DNA of 64,000 nucleotides from Mytilus californianus (GCF_021869535.1 NW_026262581.1:102610001-102674000); one strand, 5' to 3'; counted from the stretch's first letter, positions 1 to 13,180 are shown. The notes: generated from the sequence alone by a model not told the origin. A program made the numbers and translations.

Positions 1-130
1 GGACGATATGCTAGACCACCAGAACCTCTATAAGAACGTTTATGTATTTCTGTGTAGTGACCGAATTGAAGATGAGAAGCACTTTCTCTAAAATGAAACT
101 GTTTTGTGTGCAGATATAAAGAATATTTCA
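1..130 (+). mobile_element. 3' remnant of a non-LTR retrotransposon ORF2 (C-terminal Cys/His motif)
   Basis: Manual translation across a stop and a frameshift gives GRYARPPEPL*ERLCI..SDRIEDEKHFL, matching the GRY..ERLC..C..IEDExHFL motif typical of LINE ORF2 C-termini. Confidence 0.55.
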
Positions 131-329
131 AACAAATTCCTTTAAAGTTTTGCCAAAAGAGTTTCATTTTATGTATCGAAATGTGTAACAAGTGTTTATT
201 TAAATCCCCACTGGAGGGCCTCTGACAGACTGAGTGCGCGTAAAATCATTGTTATCGCTAGCCGATGACAAACAAGTTAAAGGTAAATGATTCAGTATTA
301 TTAACAACAAAAGTACTACGGTTGTCCAC

Positions 330-1990
330 ACTGTTACGGGAATACCTCTATATATAGAGATAGATTGAGAGAACTTTAAAGAGTTCGTCAAACAAATACT
401 TATCTCCAATTGGAAAAAAATACTGTAATTAAATGTCTTATCATTTTAAAGCTTAATCACTTATTTTTATTATTACCAAATCCAAACAATGGGTTACTAG
501 TACTTAACCAGTTTGTTCACATTTATTTCCCTGCTATTTGGGATGGTAAATCTGACAAAATCAAAAGAGAAGCAATTTCTCAAATATATATATAGTTGAT
601 GGACTTACCATGTTGAACTTAAAACAATATGTAAAAAGATTAAAATAAGTTTGGATATGAAGAAGTATTAAACAAACTAATAATTATTATAAATTACTAA
701 CTTATTCAGAAAAAATAATTTAAATGAACTGCTTTAAATAGGTCTAGGTTCTTTTTGTCAAGAAGTTTTTAACGCTTGGACAGAAATCCAAACTAAAGTG
801 AATGTTAAAAACGAATATGATTTTATCACATCTAATATTTGGAATAATAAACAAATTAAGGTTGGTAATCAACCCCCCAACCCCCTTTTCATAAATAATG
901 GACTGAAAAAGGAGTCTGGTTAATTAATGATTTAAATAATCATGATGGACAGTTAATGAACTGGCAAGAATTTAAAAAAAAACAATATATTGATACCTCT
1001 TTTTATAGAATCAGATTCAGATTCAATATTTTATTATAGTCTCACCACAAACAATTACATATATTTACACAATAAAATATTCATACAGGTACATAAAAGA
1101 GATAACAAGAAACATTACATTTAATGTATGTGCCAATCTTAAAAGATATATGAGAGACTGTACAAGCAATTTTAAATACAGTTTGATAATGTACACATTA
1201 TATATAATATATATTTGTTTAAGAATATCATTTAATTACAGCATAATTAATGATATAAAAACCATTTCTTCTGATTAAAATGTTATAGAAGGTTCTGGCC
1301 ACACTTTATTTCAGCTATAAAACGGCTTGATATTAAATGTAATCAAATTTTGAAGCTTTATAGGCCAATTACACCAATTACTATCAAAATATTCTTAAAA
1401 TGTACAAAAGGATCAAAAGACATGTACAGCATTCTAAAGGATAAAAAAAAACAAATATCACGTCACAGGGAAATTGTCCTCAATCCAAAAAAGACACACT
1501 GTTATCTGGAATTTAGTGTATAGAATGCCATTTTACATAACTCAAAATACAGTCGCTCCAATACCAGATCACTCACAGAATATTGGGGACAAATGAATTA
1601 TTTACAAAATTAAAGTTATACAAAGCAACAAATGTACTTTCTGTATGGACTCAATAGAAAACATATTCTGGACTTGACATGTCAAAAAGTATTTGACGTA
1701 TGGGAAGAACTTAATTATAGATGTATACAAAATTAAAGTGCAAACTGAACTACTTCTCAACTTAGAAATAGTTTTACTTGGGGTCTTAGAAAAAACTTTA
1801 AAAACCTACACAAGAAACCTCAAGATAGTATTAACTAAATTTTATATAGACAAACCAAAAATGCAAAGCGGACAAGTGAATATTGTAACATTTAAAAACT
1901 ATCTTAAATAAAATTTGTAAATTGAAAAACATCATATTTTATAAAAAAAAAATAAAGTATTGCAAAGAGCGTAATCCTGCTGGAACCCCT
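330..1990 (+). mobile_element. Degenerate L1/Tx1-clade LINE, C-terminal half of ORF2
   Basis: Broken frames give KYLSPIGK.TVIKCLIILKLNHLFLLLPNP, IWDGKSDKIKREAISQ, DGLTMLNL, SNIWNNKQIKVGN, WTEKGVWLINDL and a zf-RVT-like LQYQITHRILGTNE..CTFC..IFWT. Many stops and frameshifts. Confidence 0.8.
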
Positions 1991-2083
1991 TGCTCCAACT
2001 AATAGAATAATTAAAACAAGTAAACTTTAATTTAAGTAATATAAGTATTCTCCAAATCCAGACTGCCTGGGTTTTTATCCTTA

Positions 2084-2763
2084 CTATTTATCTATAAGTT
2101 TGTCAAATGATTTAAAGAAACAACCGTTTGGATTTGTCTTGATTATGTCGAGGATTGATTTGGAAAATCGACGAATTACCGTATTTTTAACATATAATCT
2201 TGATATATGTACTTTTGTCAATAAACTAATTACAAAAAAAAGATATATATAGTTTCCATCTGGGTTTGATTGGAAATCCATTAAATCAACATGACTGTCC
2301 TCTAACTCTTTGGATAAAATGGGTTTCACCGCTACTCCCTCCCCTATATGTGCTTTTTCTCCATGTTACAATTTTAACAAAGTGAAAGAAATCGTTCAAT
2401 GGCATCACGGGAAATGTTTGCATATAGCCATTATTAAATTGTTCTTAGGGAGTTATTTGTCCTGCATTTTTTTTTTAGTTGTAATCTCTGTCCTGCCTTT
2501 TTATTTTGCACTCTATTCGGTCGTGCCTTTTTTTATTAGTTTATCCTGACGTTTTTTTACATAAATTGTCATCCTGCCTTTTTTTTTGCAAAAATGCTCA
2601 TCCTGCCTTTTTTTTTTTTGTAAAAATGCTAATCCTGCCTTTATTTTTTACTCAAAACTCCTTTCCTGCCTTTTTTTCAAATTTCATCCTACCCCCCCCC
2701 CCCCCCCCCCACATAAAAATCAAATGGTAGCTCCCTTAAATCGTACGGTCTCTGTGTCATGAA
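2084..2763 (-). pseudogene. KRBA2/SCAND3-like DDE integrase remnant, downstream part (copy 1), interrupted by a MITE
   Basis: With the MITE removed, the minus strand reads VH..RDRTI*EQFNNGY/ANISRDAIERFLSLC*NC..GVAVKPILSKELEDSHVDLMDFQSNPDGNY, i.e. integrase H2C2 zinc domain plus the start of the core with the first catalytic D. Confidence 0.75.
2448..2735. mobile_element. MITE with TTA target duplication (PIF/Harbinger-like), left TIR partly deleted
   Basis: tta|GGGAG...CAAATGGTAGCTCCC|tta; internal TCCTGCC-(T)n subrepeats; paralog at 16090-16342. Confidence 0.8.
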
Positions 2764-2820
2764 CTGGGGCTTGTTTTTTTTGTATCTTTGTTCTTAATGG
2801 GTTTATCAAACACCCTTAAA

Positions 2821-3030
2821 AGAGGGACGAAAGATACCAGAGGGACAGTCAAACTCATAGATCGAAAACAAACTGACAACGCCATGGCCAAAAATAAAAA
2901 GACAAACAGACAAATAATAGTACAGATGACACAACATAGAAAACTAAAGACTAAGCAACACCAACCCCACCAAAAACTGGGGATGATCTCAGGTGCTCCG
3001 GAAAGGTAAGCAGATCCTGCTCCACATGTG
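2821..3030 (+). repeat. Interspersed repeat family A (AGAGGGACGAAAGATACC...), SINE-like
   Basis: Near-identical inverted copy at 25147-25368; partial copies near 52318-52410 and 62473-62600. Confidence 0.85.
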
Positions 3031-3271
3031 TTGTTGCTTATGTTATTACAAATCTCATTTTATAGATACATTAGTTATTAGGTCTTGTGTCTTATCAAAG
3101 TTTATACATCATATTATATTTTATTACAACTTTGTTCATACTATTGACATTATTATCATCATTCGAGATATATACGTTTTTCCAAGGATATAACTTTTCT
3201 CTGATTAATTGATTAATTAGTTGAATCTAAACTGTAACACTCGGACATTGACCTTTCATTTATCACTGGTC

Positions 3272-4764
3272 ATGGCGGATCGCCGTGCACCTCGTTTCAG
3301 ACAGAGGTCTAGTCAGTGGGACAGTGCCGATCCAGCTAACTGGACTGCTAACAAGTTGAAAGATGAATTAGAAAATATTAACATTTTTGTCCCTGTTTCA
3401 CTGGGAAAGAATATGCTCAAGAAAATATACATGGACAATATCGCGCGTAGGAACGTTGCCCCAGCTGACCAACAGATGACAGGCAACACCTCACAGACGT
3501 CAGCATAATCAGACAATGCACCAAATACAACTTCTTCTGATGCAAGTGCTAATTTAAACACAGACATAATTGCCAGCTCTAATGAAGTTCCTCAAGTTCA
3601 AAGAGATTGAACTTCGGGCAGTGGTAGTAATTCGGCTAGAATTAGTGCCGTGACAGAACCGCGGATGAATTTTCACAGTGAAATGGCCGGAACTACGTCA
3701 TCCAATATGGCGGCGCCCAGTGCCAGTAATGTCAACAACGAAGTTATGACAGGGTGTTGAATTCAATGCAGTCCATGCAAGGAACGATGCTTGGTTTACA
3801 ACAGATAGTCATCAATTTGATAAATATCAATGACAGACCAATAACCGTTGATGCTAACAACCTCAGCACTGCATACGCAGCCATGAAAAGCAACGATCCC
3901 GGTCCAAGCACCAGTTTAGGAGCTAAATGTAGCCAGACTTTTCCTTTGAATGGTGGGTATCGTTTCCCTATTTCGGAATTTGAGGTACCATCAGAATGCA
4001 TCCCACATGTTGACATTGTTTCTGAGGTTATTAAGAAACGTATTTGGGAGGGAAAAAATGTTAACTTAGCGGCCCTGTTAATCCCTAAACACGAAGCAGA
4101 CAAGAACATTGTTCAACAACAAGGGTCTATCACGGTCAACTTGTCCAATCATGAAGATACTAGACTACTAAAATCTTTGAGCATAAGTAAATTCATAACT
4201 GCCTTTGGCAAATACAAAAGAGTGATGTGTTCAAAATTCCCTAATAGGAGAATTGAGTTGGACAGATATGAAGCCAATATTATTGATATATACAATGTAT
4301 ATGGGGCTAAATTTTACGACTATCATTGTCAGTTTTCATCCAGGGCAGCAGCAGCATTGAGAGACTGCAACATTAAAGTTGATTGGTCAATCAAAGATAC
4401 AACTATGCTCAGTATGGTTGCCGGGAATGCCAAGGTCAATTCATGTTCCAATTGCTCATCAACTATGCATTTATCTTCATTCTGTCCACATCTACAAAAT
4501 ATAGGAACAAACAAAGTGGCCAACACAGCTAATTATTCTAAGAGTTCAAATTTTGCTGTGAAGGATGTGGACCGTTATGGCAGGAAAAGAGTTACACACA
4601 ATGAAACTGAACTCTGCAATAACTTTAACGATAGGAGGTGTAATAAGCAACCTTGTCAATATGCACATATTTGTTCAATTTGCTATTCTTATAACCATGC
4701 AGCATTCATGTGTTCAAGAAAGAAAAATCCCAAACAAATCAACACAGACAATATAAATAAATGA
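3272..4764 (+). pseudogene. Ngaro gag-like ORF1 (in-frame stops at 3508 and about 3610, frameshift about 3750)
   Basis: MADRRAPRF..NWTANKLKDELE N-terminus; IWEGKNVNLAALL core; C-terminal Cys/His fingers CSNCSSTMHLSSFC and CNNFNDRRCNKQPCQYAHICSICYSYNHAAFMC. Confidence 0.85.
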
Positions 4765-4788
4765 CTAGATTTTAACGAGAGAGAAAAA

Positions 4789-6395
4789 GTGGATACTCCA
4801 ATAAATGTAGATGCCTTAAATAATCATCCGGATAAACAATTTGTGAATTATTTATGCCATGGTCTTGCTTTTGGTTTTAATACCTTAATTTCTAATATAG
4901 AGGTTCCTACTAAAGAATGTCGAAATCTAAGATCAGCATCTATTCAACCAGATATTGTCGATAAACTTATTGAAAGTGAAGTAAATAAAGGATTTTTAGA
5001 AGGGCCATTTAAAGAATTGCATTTTAAGAAATACAGAGTAAGCCCAATAGGTGTTGCTATAGGAAAATATTCAGGAAAGCCAAGACTTATAGTAGACTGA
5101 TCTTCCCCGCATGAAAATATTGTGCTTCAAAGTGTTAATGACATGATTGACAAAGATAGTTGCTCTTTATCATATTTGCGCATTGACGATGCAATTCAAA
5201 TTATACAGAATTTAGGAAGATACACAACCATGTGTAAAACAGATATTTCCGATGCGTTCAAATTAATGCCAGTAATACCCTCGCAGTGGCACATGTTTTG
5301 TATTAAATGGCGTACACATTATTATTTCTATACCAAACTTGTATTTGGCTGTCGATCAAGCCCAAGAATTTTCGATAACTTGTCGCAAGCAGTGTGTTGG
5401 ATAGCAAAGAATAATTTTGGCATAGAACTTATTTTGCACCTTCTTGATGACTTCATAACTTTTGAACATCCACATAAATGTGGACAGAGAAATATGGATT
5501 TATTGTACTACATTTTTGACACACTAAAGATTCCAATGGCTAAACATAAAACTTCAGGTCCAGACACAGTAATTGAATATCTCGGAATTATTCTGGATTC
5601 AAATTTAATGGAGGCAAGACTGCCAAAAGCTAAACTTCTTCGAATTTCAACTTTCTTGAAAGAGTTTCTGATTAAAAAATCCTGCACAAAGCGGGAGGTG
5701 TTACAATTACTATGCCATTTAAATTTTGCATCTAGAGTCGTCATTCAAGGGAGAGCATTTGTATCCCATCTGATCTTAGTGTCAACAACAGTTAAGGCTT
5801 TACGCCACTATATCAAACTAACATGTGAATGCAGGGAAGACATTTGAATGTGGCTCTTTTTTCTTTCAAATTGGAATGGTGTCAGCATGTTTTATAACAA
5901 AGAAAATATAACTTCTGATGATTTGTGTTTATATACAGATGCCTCTGGTTCTATCGGTTTTGGTGGCTATTATAAAGGACTGTGGTTTGCTGAATCATGG
6001 CCATCAATGTTTTCAAATTTAGTAGTTGATGAAAAAGAAGTATCTATAGCTTTTAGAGAACTGTACCCTATAGTGGTATCAGCAGTTTTGTGGGGACACA
6101 TGTGGAAAAAGCAAAGAATAATTTTCATGTGTGATAATGAGGCTACGGTAGCCATCTTGAAAAAAGGACGTTCCAAATCAGCACATATAATGCCTTATGT
6201 AAGGAGATTAACATTAATAGCTGCACAACAAATTTTATGTTTTTGTCTAAACATGTACCAGGAAAATTTAATTCTAAAGCTGATGCTTTGTCTCGTTTGC
6301 AGATAGACAAATTTCGTCGCCTTGCGAAAGAAGCACAGGAGTATCCATGCAAAGTGCCTCCTCCTCAACTAGTGTTATGGAGCTCGACACCGTAG
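4789..6395 (+). pseudogene. Ngaro reverse transcriptase / RNase H (stops at 5100 and 5847, frameshift about 6260)
   Basis: YRVSPIGV, KPRLIVD*SSP, KTDISDAFKLMP, LVFGCRSSPRIF, HLLDDF, EYLGIILDS; RNase H LYTDASGSIGFGG, ELYPIVV, CDNEATV, KADALSR. Confidence 0.95.
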
Positions 6396-7354
6396 TTAGC
6401 CAGTTATGGGAGGCAGCAATCTCTACCGGTACAACAAAAACTTATGAAACTGGTTTCAGAACATACACATCTTTTTTTGTTATTAACCGGTGTTGTCGCA
6501 TTCATCTTGCCTGGCTGTGTTCCAGTCAATGAACAGTTATTATTACTTTTTGTTGCTTATTGTACAAGTAGACTACATATTAGTTATAGTACTATTAAAC
6601 TGTATGTGTGTGGTATTAGGTTCAAATGTTTAGAACTTAACATAGATTATCCTGATTTAACTAAGTTAAGACGACTCAAAGCTATACTTAATGGAGTAAA
6701 GCGTACTTATAAAACCAAACCTAAACCAAGGTACCCTATAACTTTTGATATTTTAAAGAAAGTCTGTCTCTGGCTGCGCCAGGACAGTAATTACGAGAAT
6801 TTATTATTAGAAACTATGTATACAGTTGCATTTTTGGATTTTTTAAGATGTGGTGAATTCACAGTTGATAGTTGTGGAAATTTTCATCCAGCTTTTAATT
6901 AATGTATTTCAGATATTACTTTTTTAAGCGACAGCATACATCTTCAGCTTAAAATTTCTAAAACAGATCCTTTAGACAAGGTGTGACTATTAAACTTTTT
7001 GAAACTGGTACCGAGATTTGCCCATATAGGATATGTTGTTTGTACATGAATAATCGCTTTCAAAGGAACCCGTCTCCTGAAACTCCATTGTTTGTTGATT
7101 TAACTGGGACTGCTGTCACCAGAGCTAAATTTCTCTCTTTATTCAAACATGCTTTAGATAGTTTAGGTATTGACTCTACCTATTACGGTGGCCATTCTTT
7201 TCGCCTAGGGGCAGCGACAACTGCCGGTTCAGTTCAGGTTAAAGACCACTTGATAAAAGTTATGGGCAGATGGTCTTCAGATGCTTATTGTAGATATATA
7301 AAAATTTCAGAGTCTGACCTGAAAAGAGCTCAAAATTCTTTAGCAAAGAATTGA
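6377..7354 (+). pseudogene. Ngaro tyrosine recombinase (frameshifts and one stop)
   Basis: Catalytic motifs FLRCGEF (R), SKTD (K), HSFRLGAAT (HxxR), GRWSSDAYCRY (W, Y). The start overlaps the end of RNase H. Confidence 0.95.
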
Positions 7355-7804
7355 TTAATTTGGCAAAAATTGTTAATAATTATATAAGTATTATGAACAT
7401 ACTAGTTTTTCAGTATACTATATTGCAGATCTATTTAGTATCACTTGTATGCCTTTTGCCATTTTGGTTTAGAATATAATTAGTGATTTATGTAGTGTAG
7501 TATGCTACATGTGATAATAATGATAAGATTATATATTGTTTTGATTCATATTTTTTTGGTTGTTATAACTTTTACTTAATTTTGGGGCACTCAGACCGCA
7601 TACATCTCATGTATTCAATCTGACTTATGGCCGTATCAATTAATTAATCTGGTAATGAGAATACATAATTCATTAATTCCCCAACATTCTGTAGTTTTCA
7701 TTGTTTCGATGTACAGTACATGTACATTAAAGTTTGAATGGGCTATTAAATTTGTCTAGCAGTTTTTACTATCTTCATCCACATCAATTTGAAGTAATGC
7801 TTTT

Positions 7805-8040
7805 CCGGCTCTTGTAGCACATTTGTCTTCCGGCTCTTGTAGTTCTGGGTACACCGAGTAGCATCTAACATTGCTTCAGGCTCTTGTAGATAACGACACC
7901 GAGTTGACCGCTACACCGAGTTAAAAATTACTTCCATGTGCATTACTGACATTGTTATTCCGGCTCTTGTAGCCTTAGCTGCACTGAGTAAACAACTACT
8001 TTTCTGCTCAGATAGCTTTCCAATAGCTGCTACACCGAGT
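7805..8040. repeat. Cluster of two interleaved short motifs in the 3' non-coding part of the Ngaro element
   Basis: C(C/A)GGCTCTTGTAG at 7805, 7830, 7877 and 7960; ACACCGAGT at 7851, 7896, 7913 and 8032. Confidence 0.85.
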
Positions 8041-10258
8041 TTAACTATGTCAGTAAAATAGAAAATGCTGAGTCTGCCCTAAACCCAAATCAAGTATAAG
8101 TTTTTAGTTATTTTGTATTAAGAAGTTATGTAATATAGTATAATCTTTTTGACTAGAGTAATTTTGAGGGATTTATTGTGTATGTAAATATATTGATATT
8201 ATATTTTTAGTAATAGAAATTATTAACTACTTTAGTTTTGTCTAATTATTACATTAGGGAGCCATATAATTAGAGAATCAGAATAGTAAGTCGACATCAC
8301 TTTTCTTATTACTATACTAGTGATAAGATCCATCGTCAAACTATCCATACATGTAAATGTAGAAATTGGTATATGAGTAGCTGCACTCTTTGCAAATATG
8401 GGGTATATGTCAATGCATACCAAGCGGAGTCTTAACAGTATTCAGTAACCTGTAATGCCTTATAGTAGATTATATGGCATCATTTTTTGAGCTGTGCACA
8501 CACTTGGTTCATCTTTATTGAGTTTTGTCTTAAGTTGTTTCTTGCTAGGCATATTTATATGCACATGGTTTATTGTCAAACTCTACAGAGCTCACAATGA
8601 GAAGTTACTTGCATTACACTATGACCACTAAAACATCAGGCACATTACAACTATACATGTATGCTGATTGATCTCAGAATTATGATACAACACAATTACT
8701 ATATTGGTATTACCATTCAAGGTGGGATAAGAATACAGTTGAAGGATCGAACTTGGTTTTCTATTCTAATTAAGTATTTACAAAATAAATTTTAATTTTA
8801 CCGTTCAAGATATCATTTCCTTGAAATTTGAAGTGTAGTATTTTGATATTCTACAGCAAAATTTCGTTTGTGTTTCATTTTAATATTTACATTAAAAACA
8901 GCAAAATTACTCGGATAGTTTCTACAATAATATTGTGGTTTAATAGAATAAATAGTTCAATAAACTGAAATGATCGAAATGGCGTATTCGGTATAGTATT
9001 TGATTGTTCGTTGTTATAATTAGAATATAGTACTAATGAAAAGAATTTGAGGGGTATGAGTAACATTTGAATTAGGCTTGTGTTAAATATTAGGCGGTTT
9101 TTTTGTATTCAATTTTCAACAGAAACGCATAACATAATCGAATTCCTTCACTGTTGTTATTTGTCCAGTGGCAAATATAACAGTTATATCGGTAGTGCAA
9201 ATTACGACGTTAATCTTGAAATGTTTAAATGAAATCAAAAAGCAGTTTTCCACTTAAGTTAAAGTCATACAAAACGGAATCCAGAAATGTTTTTATTTAA
9301 GTTTTTTTTCTAAATAAGGGAATTAGAATTACAATAAAAAATATTGTCAGTTTGCTATCATTGCTACTAAAGACTCATCTAAAATATGCATAACATTGTT
9401 TTCGTTGTTATGAGCAAAGGGAAAGAATAAATGTTGAGTTATGCACGAAACGCTGTTTTCTTGTTTAATTTTATTTGATCTAATAGAATGGTTTAGAAAA
9501 AAGAATTACATTTTGTGTCGGATATGACTTATAATCGAGCACACCCTTATTAGTTAAATAACCTAGACTAGAGTGTTACATACCTGGAAATTTATTCTAG
9601 TTGTACCATTTCCTTTTTCATAGACGATTCTACATCCAAGATTTATCAAATGAAAAACACACATAATCCATTCACTTATATGCATAGAGTCCATTCCCCA
9701 AGCGCCTGTGATCCGTAATGAAATAATTTATGTACTCCGTATTTATATGAAAGATGCACGAGATTTGCCTTTGAACGCTGTAAAGTTTAAAACGTGCCAC
9801 TCCGAATTAAACTCACTCAAAAATATGTAATGGTTGTTATCGATTATCTTTTATGAGTTTTCACTATTTACAAATAATTGGTTCAATTATTATATAAAAC
9901 GTTGTTAAATTGTTTTCGTTTTGGTTTTATTTCATAAAGTTTGAATGTACAATTATTAGATAAATATTATTTATTATCCTTATAATAATACTAATAATAT
10001 TTCTAATTTCTAATCTTATAATTATTTACTACTGGTGATATTCGATGCATTCTTAAACATTAAAAATTTTCAAAATCCTATTTTTCTTTACGCTAACACT
10101 TTGGACAGCGGTTAGGACATCCTAGCTAAGATAGTCTTGAGATAGTTTCGATGTGCTTGCTGAGACATGCATCGTAAGTCGGTCCTAACTTATTCTTATT
10201 TATTCCTAAGATAAGTCTTAGGACAGATCCTAGGACATCTTTGATAAACAGGCCCCTG

Positions 10259-10520
10259 TTTCTTTATTTGCCATTTCCAAAATACCATACAGTTCTTCTA
10301 GAAAACACATAAATTTTGATATTTCCCTCGTTCAAAGCCTTGAAAGATAAAAAATATCCCACCTTTTTAAATTGTAATATTCTATAGTTGTGTTCTCTTC
10401 TAAGAATTTTAAAAGTTTAATCTTTGCCAAAAGATCATTGTACATCTGTCTTGGGTATATGTCCCTTGTTTTCTCCGATTCACTTCTAGGCCGCAAACAA
10501 ACAAGAAATCTTGTCACTTA
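10259..10520 (-). pseudogene. KRBA2/SCAND3-like integrase remnant, upstream part (copy 1)
   Basis: MYNDLLAKIKLLK..YYNLKRWDIF..FMCFLEELYGILEMANKET ends exactly at the CTG/CAG target duplication of the Harbinger-like element and continues at 2763. Confidence 0.7.
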
Positions 10521-10624
10521 ACTGCTAATAATCCAGATTAAGAAGTAAAACAAAATGTTTAACAATAAAATTAGTGGAAAAACGATGGGATAAAAAATCA
10601 CATCTACATTTGTTTGTTTGCCCA

Positions 10625-10935
10625 GCTCAAACCAGCTCCACATTCTTTATGTGCCTGTCCCAAGTCAGGAGCCTCTAGTTCAGTGGTTGTCGTTGGTTCA
10701 TGTCTGTCATATTTGTTTTTCGTAAATAGTTTTGTTTTAAATTAGGCCGGTGGATTTCGAAATTGAATTGTTTCATATTTTTCATGTCAGGGCCTTTTAT
10801 AGCTTTGATATACGGTTTGTGTTTTTCTCATTGTTGAAGGTCGTACGGTTGCCTATAATTGCTTACATCCACTTTATTTGAACTTTGGTGGATAGTTGTC
10901 TCATTGGCAATCATACCTCATCTCCTTATTTTTAT
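10625..10935 (-). repeat. Interspersed repeat family C (AAGATGTGGTATGA(T/G)TGCCAATGAGACAAC...)
   Basis: Related copies at 17607-17862 (+), 19905-20015 (-), 22725-23005 (-), 28819-28860 (+), 44313-44590 (-) and 49855-49975 (+). Confidence 0.8.
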
Positions 10936-12565
10936 GTCGACCCGAGTGAACTGTGAATTCTCTTCAAATAAAAGAAAATCTTCAACCCCCTCCCCATTTC
11001 CATTAAATACAATCACATATTTAAAACGTATTGTTTTTTAATACCACAAAGAAATACGAGTTAAATTTATTTTGAATATGGAAAAATACTAAAATATCAA
11101 GATCTGTTTAATGAATGAATATTTATTTGGAATATAATTCAGAAAATACTACATGTGTACATCAAGAATATTTAACCGAATGTACATGTATTTTGGGAGA
11201 TAAAACAAAATCCCAAAATGTACTTAATAGATTGACTAATCCTCATTAGATTTCAGTAAAAAACGTAATGCCTGAAAATTTTTGGCAATAACTTAACGCA
11301 TAGGTGTAAGCTTATTGCCTAGGATGTTATAGGCTTAATGTCTAATTTCATTTATTGCCACCAATATATATGCATGTACTTTCTTTTATCGGAAAAAAAA
11401 TCGTTTGGGTAGAAAAGGAGGAATTTGCATTAATAAAATGATATTATCAAACTATTAAAAAAATTAATTATTTGAGTATGTGATAAATACGTAAATCTGG
11501 GATATACGTAAATTGATATAATGAAGCAGGTGTTAGTTGAGGCCGAGATTGCTCTGACGTCTGACGATCTGTTTTAAAGACTTGCTTTGACCGTGGGACG
11601 AATAAGTTTACACGGTGTAATGCCAGTTACAAACATTTTTAAGAAAATATTTTATAAGAACATACATGTAGTTGTAGAAACCGAAATAAGAAAAACATTA
11701 ATAAAACAACATTTAAGGTAATCCTTGCTCAAAATTTGAACTGCATTGTGCCGCGAATCCCTACGGTTTTGGCTGATAACAGTTTACCGAATTTTAAAAG
11801 TACTCTTACGCTTTCAAGTTTCCGTTTTTTATACTTAATAACTTCACAGTTTGAGGTTAGACTTTTTAACGTAAAAGAAAATGTGTATCAATGATGTTAG
11901 CGTCCTTTCAGTTGGAGTGAAAATATCCTACAACATATCATCGACCTTCGACTCTTACGACTGACATGTTTCTTGGTGAAATAGAAATTTGAACAAGAAT
12001 GTTTCTTAAGATAAGTTTGTTTCAAATTGATGTAGGAGAAGACAAGGTGTACTGTAAGCTACAACCGACTTATTATTACCCCGCTCAATTTTGTTGACTT
12101 AATGTGACAAATATTTCATATATATATATATGCATGATATAAAAGTTTTCAGCAAACAGGAAGTACAACATCGAAACAACCGAAAACATGTCACACGGTA
12201 TTGCATTACCAGGTGAAGCTTCGTGAATACTGAAGATCGGTTAGATACTACTAAAAAAAAAAACACTAGGTACTAATCTAAGAGTACTCGCAGTTATTAA
12301 AAGCTAGTTTAAAGCCAATTTCATGACACATGTCTTACTTTTGTCGCAGGAGAAGGAAAATTTCTTGCAGAGTTAAAAAAAAAAAAAACTCCCTGCTCAA
12401 CAGCTCAAATATAACAATGTCCATGTTATGCTAAAGAAAATATAAATATACAGTAGCATTAAGTACACTATACTTCTATTAAAGTTTCATTGAAATTAAG
12501 TCCGTACATTTCAAATAATTTATTTATAAACAATGACATCAATCAACTTTTGTAAATATAGCAGT

Positions 12566-13180
12566 AAAATTGAGAATGGAAATGGGGAATGTGTCAAAGA
12601 GACAACAACCCGACCATAGAGCAGACAACAGCCGAAGGCCACCAATGGGTCTTCAATGCAGCGAGAAACTCCCGCACCCGGAGGCGTCCTTCAGCTGGCC
12701 CCTAAAAAAATATGTATACTAGTTCAGTGATAATGGACGTCATACTAAACTCAAATTATACACAGGAAACTAAAATTAAAAATGATACAAGACTAACAAA
12801 GGCCAGAGGCTCCTGACTTGGGACAGGCGCAAAAATGCGGCGGAGTTAAACATGTTTTTTGAGGTCTCAACCCTCCCCCTATACCTCTAGCCAATGTAGA
12901 AAAAACAAACGCACAACAGAACGCACAGTAAAACTCAGTATAAGAGAAGTCCGAGTCCGATGTCAGAATAGGAAACAAAAGAAAATAAACAAAATGACAA
13001 TAATACATAAATAACAACAGACTACTAGCAGTTACTGACATGCCAGCTCCAGACCTCAATTAAACTGATTGAAAGATTATGTCTTCATCATATGAATATC
13101 AGGCACAATCCCTCCTGTTAGGGGTTTAGTATTATACCGTCATAAAACAAATGAGAAGAACATAACCCGTGTCATGCCAA
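12566..13180 (+). repeat. Interspersed repeat family B (AAAATTGAGAATGGAAATGGGGAATGTGTCAAAGAG...), inserted in copy 1 only
   Basis: Absent at the paralogous site near 21675 (GCAGTCTATG); flanked by duplicated CAGT. Other copies at 40774-41203 and 18660-18723 (-). Confidence 0.9.

Larger units (their letters stand above)
3040..8790 (+). mobile_element. DIRS-order tyrosine-recombinase retrotransposon, Ngaro-like, degenerate; outer boundaries uncertain
   Basis: Order gag - RT/RNase H - YR with no methyltransferase domain between RH and YR. The region is absent from duplicate copy 2. Terminal split repeats were not found. Confidence 0.85.
2767..10255. mobile_element. Harbinger-like non-autonomous TIR element (copy 1) containing a nested SINE-like repeat and an Ngaro element
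   Basis: ctg|GGGCTTG...TTGATAAACAGGCCC|ctg. GGGCC termini with a CWG TSD are typical of animal Harbingers. Subterminal CCTAAG/CTTAGG/CCTAGG motif cluster at about 10115-10240. Confidence 0.75.
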
